A stretch of 64,000 nt of DNA from Roseibacillus sp. (GTDB lineage: Bacteria > Verrucomicrobiota > Verrucomicrobiia > Verrucomicrobiales > Akkermansiaceae). The first letter of the stretch is position 1; the number at the start of each line of letters is the position of its first letter. The translations under genes were made by a program, and so were the position numbers. The notes below the pieces were generated by a model that was given only the letters and a program-made list of their open reading frames with translations, was not told the origin of the DNA and made no database searches. This document shows, in pieces, positions 56,844-64,000 of the stretch. The stretch covers positions 352,001 through 416,000 of the forward strand of contig CBDEUM010000029.1 in assembly GCA_965242925.1 (NCBI GenBank), in the 5' to 3' direction.

Positions 56844-57643
56844 GGCGCAGCCGGGGCTGGCATCGTGGAGCGTTCAGTGGACTGGCAATGGACGATGTAG
56901 TCCGAGACCGCTCTCCTGATTTCACCCGCCACATCGGCACGCTGCGTGGCGAAGGGCGGGACGAACCATGGATAAGAGCCGATCACATCGGAGGTTACCG
57001 CAATCTCGCCGTCACAGCTATCCGTGCCACATCCGATTCCGATGGTGGGAATCCCGATGCTGGTGGTGACTTCGGCAGCAACCGCGGGTACCACGGTCTC
57101 AAGAACGATGCCGAAGCAGCCGGCCTGCTCAAGTGTCTCTGCTCCTTTCAGGAGTGCTGATATTTCGTCGGCTGACGTTCCCTTCGTCCTGTAGCCGCCC
57201 TCCTCCTTCAGACGTTGCGGGAGCATGCCGAGGTGGCCCAGGACAGGGATGCCATCCTCCACGATGGCCTTCACTTTCCCGGCCTGGCGGACTCCGCCTT
57301 CCAGTTTGATCGCTTCCGCACCGGCTTTCACCAGGGCCCGGGCGGTTTCCACCGCCTCGGCTTCACTGTCATAGGAGTGGATCGCGAAGTCGGCCACCAG
57401 AAGGGACTCCCGGCAACCGCGGGCGGCGGCGGCCACATGGTGCAGCATGTGGTCGAGGGTGACATGGGTGGTGTCAGGAAAGCCGAGTACCACCATTCCC
57501 AGGGAGTCTCCCACCAGGATGAGATCCGTGCCCGCCTCATCCAGCAGGCGCGCAGTGGGATAGTCCCAGGCGGTGAGAGCAGCAATGGGTGGTCCAACCT
57601 CCTTCCGGGCGCGGAGGGCGGAACACTTGTCACTGACAGGCAC
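56840..57643 (-). CDS. panB: 3-methyl-2-oxobutanoate hydroxymethyltransferase
   Basis: LTAWD, LVGDSLGM, IKLEGG, GHLGMLPQ, TIGIG. Confidence 0.95.
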   Translation of the reverse strand: MPVSDKCSALRARKEVGPPIAALTAWDYPTARLLDEAGTDLILVGDSLGMVVLGFPDTTHVTLDHMLHHVAAAARGCRESLLVADFAIHSYDSEAEAVETARALVKAGAEAIKLEGGVRQAGKVKAIVEDGIPVLGHLGMLPQRLKEEGGYRTKGTSADEISALLKGAETLEQAGCFGIVLETVVPAVAAEVTTSIGIPTIGIGCGTDSCDGEIAVTSDVIGSYPWFVPPFATQRADVAGEIRRAVSDYIVHCQSTERSTMPAPAAP

Positions 57644-57806
57644 GGGAAATTCATAGCACCTCTCCGGGGGGGATGCGAGTCCGGGGAAGTAAAAAGATGG
57701 TCGGGTTGGTGCGTTCTCCGGAGGTGCGTTTCCGGGTCCTCTCCAGATCATGTGCCTCGTCATTGGTACGGACTCCGGACCCCGTTGACCGGTTGTCCTT
57801 ACCCGG

Positions 57807-58316
57807 CTACCAGTTGGCCTGGATGAGGGTCAGTTCAGGTTCTCCGGAATCAAGGTGCTGGAGATGCCCGCTGATGGTGACGTGATCGCCGGGGAGGGTC
57901 ATGAGAGGTCGGATTTCAGCGAGGGGCTGCAGGACGAAGCGCCGGTGGGTCATGTGCGGATGCGGAATGATGAGGATTCCGGTGTCGATGGTGAGGTCAT
58001 CAAAGTAGAGGATATCGATGTCGATGACGCGGGGAGAATTTGGACCTGCACCGGGTTTGCGTCCGAGATGGTACTCGATGGCCTTGGCGTCCTCGAGGAG
58101 TTTGGCGGGTTCCCCGACGTAATCGAGTTCGATCACGGTATTGAAGAAGTCGGGCGAACCTTCCGGGCAGTTGACTGGTTCGCTCTGGTAGACGGGAGCC
58201 TGCTCGAAATGGACGTTGTCCGGGGTGAGGGCACGGAGGAGGTCGCGGGCGGCGCGCAGGTTGGCGAGGCGATCACCCAGATTCGATCCCAGTGCTATTC
58301 CCGTCCGAGTGGCCAT
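57807..58316 (-). CDS. folK: Hydroxymethyldihydropterin pyrophosphokinase
   Basis: IALGSNLGDR, FFNTV, PRVIDIDIL, IPHP..RRFVL. Confidence 0.95.
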   Translation of the reverse strand: MATRTGIALGSNLGDRLANLRAARDLLRALTPDNVHFEQAPVYQSEPVNCPEGSPDFFNTVIELDYVGEPAKLLEDAKAIEYHLGRKPGAGPNSPRVIDIDILYFDDLTIDTGILIIPHPHMTHRRFVLQPLAEIRPLMTLPGDHVTISGHLQHLDSGEPELTLIQANW

Positions 58317-58399
58317 TTCAAGATGCTGACGATACGGTTTGCATGCCTGCTTAGTCGATGCCAGGGCGACAGGACTCTCCGCGAAACTCCGCGGATGGC

Positions 58400-59134
58400 T
58401 TACCTGAGTCCCAGGACGTCCTGCATGTCGAAGAGACCCGGGGATTTGTCACCGAGCCAGAGGGCGGCCTGGAGAGCTCCCGAAGCGAAGGTCATGCGGC
58501 TGGAGGCCTTGTGAGTCAGTTCCACGCGCTCGCCCTCGGCGGCGAACATGACGGTGTGGTCCCCCACGACATCCCCACCGCGGAGTGAGTGCATGCCGAT
58601 CTGCCGGCCGGGTCGCGCTCCGGTGATTCCAACCCGGCCGTGGCTCACATCGTCTTCGTATGAAGTGCCCGTTTCCTCGTTGAGGATCTCGAGGAGACGG
58701 CGGGCGGTGCCGGAAGGGGCATCAATCTTGTGATGGTGATGCATTTCGGTCACTTCGATATCGCACCGGTCGTTGCCGAGGATGCGGGCCGCGTGGCGGG
58801 TGAGCCAGAAGAGCGTGTTGACGCCCACCGAAAAGTTGGGAGCAAGGACGATGGGGATTTTATTCGAGGCCTCGTGGATGGCGGTGAGTTCCTTCTCATC
58901 GTGTCCGGTCGTGCCGATGACGAGAGCGCTCCTGGTAGCCAACGCTTCCTGGAGAAGCTGGGCGGTGAACGAGTGGATGGTGAAATCGATCACGGCATCT
59001 GCTCCTTCAAGGAGAGGGCCCAGCTCTTCCCCCGTGTCGTGGGTTCCGTGAATGGTGGCGGCTGGATGGGCTTCCACGGCTTCCGCCACGGACAGACCCA
59101 TGCGGCCCGAACGCCCGGTGATGACGATGTTCAT
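58400..59134 (-). CDS. dapB: 4-hydroxy-tetrahydrodipicolinate reductase
   Basis: GRMG, IDFT, GTTG, NFSVG, EMHHHHKIDAPSGTA, RGGDVVGDH. Confidence 0.96.
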   Translation of the reverse strand: MNIVITGRSGRMGLSVAEAVEAHPAATIHGTHDTGEELGPLLEGADAVIDFTIHSFTAQLLQEALATRSALVIGTTGHDEKELTAIHEASNKIPIVLAPNFSVGVNTLFWLTRHAARILGNDRCDIEVTEMHHHHKIDAPSGTARRLLEILNEETGTSYEDDVSHGRVGITGARPGRQIGMHSLRGGDVVGDHTVMFAAEGERVELTHKASSRMTFASGALQAALWLGDKSPGLFDMQDVLGLR

Positions 59135-59158
59135 GGTGAGGTGATGAAAGGGGACAGG

Positions 59159-60037
59159 CTAAAGGAGCTCGAACTCGCTGAGGACGGCCCGCAGTTCTTC
59201 AGTTTTTTCCGCGGTGAGGCCGACGAGGGGGAGCCGGAACTCGGCGGTGCACTGTCCACGGAGGGCGAGGGCACTCTTGATGGGGATGGGATTGGTATCG
59301 AGGGTCATGAGCGCACTCAGGAGGGGGTAGTAGCGCTTCTGGATTCCCAGGGCTTCATCGAAGGAGCCGTTGAGGGCCGCCTTGACCAGGCGGGCGACCA
59401 CATCGGGGATCAGGTTGGCGGCCACGGAAACTACTCCCACCGCTCCCACCGATATGAAGGGGATGGTGAGAGGATCGTCGCCGGAGACCACGGTGAAGGC
59501 TTCCGGGACGGCCTGGACGAGCTTGTTGACGCGGTCTGACGACCCCCCCGCTTCCTTGATGCTGACCACGGTCTCACAGTCGCGGGCCAACCGCGCGACG
59601 GTCTCCACATCGATCTGAATGACACTGCGTCCGGGCACTGAATAGAGCATGAGGGGAAGGGAGGAGGCGTCCGCGACCGCCTTGAAGTGCTGGTAGAGTC
59701 CTTCCTGGGAGGGCTTGTTGTAGTAGGGGCAGACCTGGAGAGAACCGTCGGCCCCAGCCTGCTCTGCTTCCCTGGTAAGGAGAATGGCCTCGCTGGTGGA
59801 ATTGGCGCCGGTGCCGGCCACCACCTTCAGGCGCCCCGCGGAAAACTCCACCGCACGCCTGATGATCTCGATGTGCTCGGCATCGTTGACGGTAGGGGAT
59901 TCGCCGGTCGTGCCAACCGGGACGATCCCGTCAATGCCGGCCTCGGCCTGGCGATTGATGAGCGCCTCGAAAGCGTCATAATCGACGTGACCGTCGCGAA
60001 ATGGCGTGACAAGGGCGGTGTAGCTGCCTGCGAACAT
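59159..60037 (-). CDS. dapA: 4-hydroxy-tetrahydrodipicolinate synthase
   Basis: ALVTPF, GTTGES, PYYNKP, IKEA, SGDD, NPIPIK. Confidence 0.96.
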   Translation of the reverse strand: MFAGSYTALVTPFRDGHVDYDAFEALINRQAEAGIDGIVPVGTTGESPTVNDAEHIEIIRRAVEFSAGRLKVVAGTGANSTSEAILLTREAEQAGADGSLQVCPYYNKPSQEGLYQHFKAVADASSLPLMLYSVPGRSVIQIDVETVARLARDCETVVSIKEAGGSSDRVNKLVQAVPEAFTVVSGDDPLTIPFISVGAVGVVSVAANLIPDVVARLVKAALNGSFDEALGIQKRYYPLLSALMTLDTNPIPIKSALALRGQCTAEFRLPLVGLTAEKTEELRAVLSEFELL

Positions 60038-60094
60038 GGCAGGAGAGTAGTGGGGAGCGATCACCGCACTAGCAAGGGCAAAAACGCCTCCTGT

Positions 60095-60904
60095 TCACAA
60101 CTCGATATCGCCCTCGAAGACGAAGTCGGCCGGACCGGTGAGAGTGACGTTTCGGAAGCCTGTCCCGGCGTTGCCTTCGAAGCCAATCCGGAGCGTCTCT
60201 CCGCCCTGGACGTCGACTTTGATGGGCGCGGGCGCCCCGTGGAGGAGGTGATGGATAATGGCGCAGGCCACCATGCCCGTGCCGCAGGCCAGGGTTTCGT
60301 TCTCCACTCCGCGTTCGTAGGTCCGGATCGCGATGTGTCCGGGAGCGATCTCCTTCACGAAGTTGGCGTTGGTTCCGTTGGGGAAGTGTTCGTGGTGGCT
60401 GATGGCGGCGCCCAACCGGAGGACATCAAGATTGGCGAGGTCATCGACATAGGCCAGAGCGTGAGGAACTCCAGTGTTCAGGATGTGAAGGGAGCTTTCG
60501 AGATCCTTGATCGAGACCCCGGAATTCAGGTCGAGGTCAAAGGGGGTCGACATGGTGACCTCGACCTCCTCCCCGATGAGCCGGGCTGTGAGGGTGCCGG
60601 CGATGGTCTCGAAGCTGATGTTCTCCCGGCTGTCGTTGAGCAGACGGGCGGTGTAACGACCGAAGCAGCGGGCGCCATTGCCGCACATCTCGGCTTCGCC
60701 ACCGTCGGCATTGTAGTAGCGGAACCTGAAATCCGCTCCGTTCCGGGCTGGTTCGGCTGCCAGCAGGCCATCGGCGCCCACCCCCCGGTGACGGTCACAG
60801 ATCCTTGCTATCTGCTCGTTGCTGAGCTCGATCGAAAGGGCCCGATTGTCGATCATGACGAAATCGTTTCCGGCTCCGTTCATCTTGGTGAAAGGCAGAC
60901 GCAT
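60095..60904 (-). CDS. dapF: Diaminopimelate epimerase
   Basis: KMNGAGNDF, GVGADG, EMCGNGARC, ERGVENETLACGTG. Confidence 0.96.
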   Translation of the reverse strand: MRLPFTKMNGAGNDFVMIDNRALSIELSNEQIARICDRHRGVGADGLLAAEPARNGADFRFRYYNADGGEAEMCGNGARCFGRYTARLLNDSRENISFETIAGTLTARLIGEEVEVTMSTPFDLDLNSGVSIKDLESSLHILNTGVPHALAYVDDLANLDVLRLGAAISHHEHFPNGTNANFVKEIAPGHIAIRTYERGVENETLACGTGMVACAIIHHLLHGAPAPIKVDVQGGETLRIGFEGNAGTGFRNVTLTGPADFVFEGDIEL

Positions 60905-61099
60905 GGCGTGCTTGATATGCGTGGAAGGCGATACGCCTGTTGGGTGCAAAGGTCAAGGTCCAGCCCTTGGGTCGGGAGCGTGCGATGGCTTGTCCATGGA
61001 AGCTCTCGGGTTCAGGTCGGGAGCATCCGCTTGGAGGAGCGGGGAGTCCGGTAGGCTCACATGCCGGTCAGCCAGTGCGGCGGAGGGGCTGCCGGTTCC

Positions 61100-61906
61100 T
61101 TACCCATGGGCCTTGGCGGCCTCGATGAGGGGCCTGGTGAAGGCCCCTACTTTATCCGCTACATCGGGAGCGTCGGCATTGAGTTCGACCTGCTTGACGA
61201 TGGCGGAACCCACCACGATGCCGTCCGAGACGGAGGCCACGAGGGCGGCCTGCTCGGGTGTGGCAATCCCGAATCCCACACAGACAGGGAGGTCGGTGTG
61301 CCGCCTTATTGCCGACACGTGGTCGCCGATCTGTGCGGAAGGTCCTCCATGGGAGCCGGTCACCCCGGTTCGGGAGAGGGCGTAGATGAACCCCTCCGCA
61401 TGGCGGGTGAGAAGGTCGATGCGGCCGGGAGGAGTGGTGGGAGCAATGAGGCGGATCTGCCGCAGGCCCGCATGGTTGGCCATCTCGCAATTCAGGGCCG
61501 CTTCATCAGGGGGGAGATCGAGAAGGAGGATGCCGTCTGCTCCGGCCTCGGCGGCATCGTGGTGGTAGGCGTCGTAGCCGTAGGTGTAGACGGGGTTGAG
61601 ATAGGTGAAGAGAACGATGGGGATCTGGTGGGATTTGCGGAAGCGGCGGATGAGTTCGAAAACCCCTTTGCTGTCACAGCCGGCCGCAAGGGATCGGGCA
61701 GCCGCAGCCTGGTTGACGATGCCGTCGGCGAGGGGATCGGAAAAGGGAACGCCCAGTTCGATGATATCCGCTCCCGCTTCCGCGAGTGCGATCAGGATCT
61801 CCAGGGAACGCCCAAGGTCGGGGTCGCCCGCACTCACATAAGCCACGAAGGCCTTCTCGCCGGTGGCCCGGAGATTCTCGAAGGTGGCGTCTATGCGGTT
61901 GCTCAT
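61100..61906 (-). CDS. trpA: Tryptophan synthase alpha subunit
   Basis: ELGVPFSDPLADG, DLPPDE, APTT, SRTGVTG, VGFGI, VGSAIV. Confidence 0.96.
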   Translation of the reverse strand: MSNRIDATFENLRATGEKAFVAYVSAGDPDLGRSLEILIALAEAGADIIELGVPFSDPLADGIVNQAAAARSLAAGCDSKGVFELIRRFRKSHQIPIVLFTYLNPVYTYGYDAYHHDAAEAGADGILLLDLPPDEAALNCEMANHAGLRQIRLIAPTTPPGRIDLLTRHAEGFIYALSRTGVTGSHGGPSAQIGDHVSAIRRHTDLPVCVGFGIATPEQAALVASVSDGIVVGSAIVKQVELNADAPDVADKVGAFTRPLIEAAKAHG

Positions 61907-61991
61907 GCCGCCAGAGGGATAGGGGAGAGCGGGCCCGGTGGGAAGGACGATTGGTGGACAAGGAGAGATCTTCGTGGTTCAGTCACCCGCC

Positions 61992-62357
61992 ATGCGTGCG
62001 CGTCTGACCAAGGACTTTCGTTTTGAAGCGGCCCATACCCTCCCCAGCCTGCCGGAAGGGCACAAGTGCCGATGCATGCACGGTCATAGCTTCAGGGTGG
62101 AGATTTCGATTGAGGGCGAAGTGGATGAGAAGATCGGCTGGGTTTATGACCACAAGCGGATCAGCGACGCCGTGGCACCTCTTCTGGCAGATCTCGATCA
62201 CGGTTACCTCAATGACATCGAGGGGTTGGAGAGTCCGACCATCGAGCACCTGGCCGCCTGGTTCTGGCGGAAGCTGGAAGCCGGTCTTCCGGGACTCTGT
62301 GAGGTCGTGATCTACGAAACCCCAACCGCGCGCTGTGTCTTTCGCGGTGAGTTTTGA
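61992..62357 (+). CDS. queD: 6-carboxytetrahydropterin synthase
   Basis: FEAAH, CRCMHGHS (CxxxHGH), LDH.YLN, PTIE, YETP. Confidence 0.92.
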   Translation: MRARLTKDFRFEAAHTLPSLPEGHKCRCMHGHSFRVEISIEGEVDEKIGWVYDHKRISDAVAPLLADLDHGYLNDIEGLESPTIEHLAAWFWRKLEAGLPGLCEVVIYETPTARCVFRGEF

Positions 62358-62395
62358 CTGGTGTTTGGGCGGGGAGAGGTTACCTAGCCTGCGAC

Positions 62396-62614
62396 ATGAA
62401 ACGCCTGAGTCTTCTGGTTGCCGTTTTTGCCTTCCTCCTGGGCTCCTGTGAGCGTCATAATTGGGAGGATGTGGATGAGAATGGGGACGGCAGGATCGAC
62501 CAGAACGAAAAGGGCACCAAGCGTCTTTACAAGGAGCACAAGGAAGACGAAGGGGAGCACAAGGAAGACAAGGAAGACGAAGGGGAGCACAAGGAAGACG
62601 AAGAGGAGGGCTAG
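62396..62614 (+). CDS. Small lipoprotein with EF-hand-like loop and acidic His-containing repeat tail
   Basis: MKRLSLLVAVFAFLLGSC lipobox; DENGDGRIDQNE; 30-bp repeat encoding KEDEGEHKED. Confidence 0.7.
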   Translation: MKRLSLLVAVFAFLLGSCERHNWEDVDENGDGRIDQNEKGTKRLYKEHKEDEGEHKEDKEDEGEHKEDEEEG

Positions 62615-63270
62615 GAAGGTCTCCGCTTCCTCCGGTAGGAGAGGAAGCACTCGCCGTTGTCGAGGGGCTCGAAGTGAGTGAGCTCGAATTCAAGGGAGGC
62701 GGGCAGATGGTCTCCCAGAGGGCCGGTGATGGTGGGAGCCTCCGCTCCGCCCAAGAGGGTGTGGCCCGCCCAGGTAAGATGAATCTCATCGAGGGCATCG
62801 AGCTCGGCAAGGGTCCGTACCAGGGTCCCGCCGCCTTCGCAGAGGAGGGTCCTGACCTGATGCCCGGTGGCCAGGATGTGGAGGAACTCCTGAATCGAGC
62901 AACGGTGTACGGTCGCGCCGACAGCCTCATAGAGGCCCGGGTCGTAGTCCTCCGGGGCCGTTGTGGCGAGCAGGTGAATGGCACCACCCGCGCTATGAAA
63001 GACCTTGTGTCCGAGGTCGAATTTCCCCGCGTGCGAGGCGATGCACCGCAACGGCTGGCGGGGCGGCTTGAGTTCGGGCGGGATGGTCATCGACATGTTG
63101 TCCGCTTCCAAGGTGCCCCGTCCCACCATGAGGGCGTCCGCCCGCCCGCGGATTTCCAACAGGCGCTGGAGATCACGTGGGGAAGTGAACTGCGCCGGGT
63201 CCTTGTTCACGGTGGAAATCTTGCCATCGGCAGTGATGGCGAAGTTGATCAGAACGGTTGGACGGGTCAT
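62611..63270 (-). CDS. RibD C-terminal domain / DHFR-fold reductase
   Basis: NFAITADGKI, ADALMVGRGT..DN, LLCEGGGTL, LDEIHL. Confidence 0.88.
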   Translation of the reverse strand: MTRPTVLINFAITADGKISTVNKDPAQFTSPRDLQRLLEIRGRADALMVGRGTLEADNMSMTIPPELKPPRQPLRCIASHAGKFDLGHKVFHSAGGAIHLLATTAPEDYDPGLYEAVGATVHRCSIQEFLHILATGHQVRTLLCEGGGTLVRTLAELDALDEIHLTWAGHTLLGGAEAPTITGPLGDHLPASLEFELTHFEPLDNGECFLSYRRKRRPS

Positions 63271-63386
63271 GCCGCTTTTTCGTGGGACGTGAGAATGACG
63301 CGAATGGCGGCGGGGCAAGAGCGGATATTGTAATAATTGCAGGTTGAAAACAGGGAAATAGATTGTACGCTGTTCCACCTGAAGCC

Positions 63387-63767
63387 ATGACCGAGCCCCA
63401 AGCCACCTCCCCTCACCCTCAAATAGCCTGTTTTCTCAAGACCTATTGCGGTTGGAGTGAAGGCGTGCGCGCCATCATGCGCAAGTATGAACTGGACTAC
63501 GAGGAGAAGGATATCATTGCAAACCCGGCCTTCCGCTGGGAGATGGAGCAGAAGAGCGGTCAGCCGCTCTCGCCCTGCGTGGAAATCAACGGGGAAATGT
63601 TGCCGGACGTGAGCGGGGAGGAAGTGGAGGCATGGATGATTGAAAGGGGACTTGTCAGGGCCAGTGAGGTTGAGCCCGACGCGCCGATTGACTCGTCCTG
63701 TTCCCCCGAGGAACACGAGGCCCGGGCGCAGGAAGATGCCGCCGGGAAGGTTGTCTTCGTGGATTAG
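63387..63767 (+). CDS. Glutaredoxin-like protein (monothiol CGWS)
   Basis: KTYCGWS, KSGQPLSPCVEING. Confidence 0.8.
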   Translation: MTEPQATSPHPQIACFLKTYCGWSEGVRAIMRKYELDYEEKDIIANPAFRWEMEQKSGQPLSPCVEINGEMLPDVSGEEVEAWMIERGLVRASEVEPDAPIDSSCSPEEHEARAQEDAAGKVVFVD

Positions 63768-63782
63768 GAAGTGCCTCTGAGG

Positions 63783-64000
63783 TTAACCGCGCCGTTTCCG
63801 GACGGCTTGGGCGAATCCTTCCAGCACCTCCTCGGTGGCCTGCCACGAGATACAGGCGTCCGTGACGGATTGGCCGTAAACCAGTGCTCCGGGGTCGTCG
63901 CCGAGCTTCTGGTTGCCCTCCACCAGGTTGGATTCAACCATGACCGCTGCGATGGCGCTGCATCCGGTTGCGATTTGCGCACAGAGATCGTGGGCCACTT
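63783..64000 (-). CDS. Class I DAHP synthase (AroF/G/H type), C-terminal part (5' end outside window)
   Basis: VMVESNLVEGNQ, YGQSVTDACISW. Confidence 0.92.
   Translation of the reverse strand, partial: VAHDLCAQIATGCSAIAAVMVESNLVEGNQKLGDDPGALVYGQSVTDACISWQATEEVLEGFAQAVRKRRG

Noticed and set aside
60969..61025. GGTCGGGAGC direct repeat between dapF and trpA
   Set aside because: Only two 10-bp copies in GC-rich DNA; could be chance and has no supporting structure

Overview
GC-rich bacterial chromosome segment, most consistent with a Verrucomicrobiota (PVC) organism. That assignment is inferred from gene content: DUF1501, a PmoA/DUF6807 protein, a Tat-signal Gfo/Idh/MocA enzyme, a giant ASPIC/UnbV surface protein, and heptamer repeats. 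It is mostly housekeeping DNA: uvrC, sufS/sufE, rpoD, dnaG, hppA, nadA, lpxB, rsfS, cinA, folA, thyA, panB, folK, dapB/A/F, trpA, queD, a DAHP synthase 3' end, and three tRNAs (Glu-TTC, Leu-TAG, Ala-GGC). The only accessory patch is about 1.8 kb between the convergent tRNA-Glu and tRNA-Leu. It holds an intact IS3-family element with no visible target duplication, a truncated integrase-like ORF, and phased repeats, which together look like a collapsed integrative island. I see no CRISPR array, prophage or defence cluster, and I cannot claim a new multi-gene system from sequence alone. The best leads are: (i) a ~100-nt rod-like RNA candidate with a competing hairpin at 45566-45678; (ii) three envelope proteins with apparently dead catalytic sites (class A PBP transpeptidase domain, first protease domain of a double-domain NfeD, M28-like protein overlapping lpxB); (iii) RpoD with a histone-H1-like repeat tail; (iv) an ExbB-ExbD-TPR-TPR motor locus with no TonB/TolA; (v) an unannotated 56-aa ORF behind a structured AT-rich leader; (vi) a 2276-aa surface protein with a duplicated C-terminal module. 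Two frameshifts (near 1200-1216 and 50170-50180) may be sequencing or assembly errors. All family assignments are from motif recognition, not database searches, and several start codons are my estimates.
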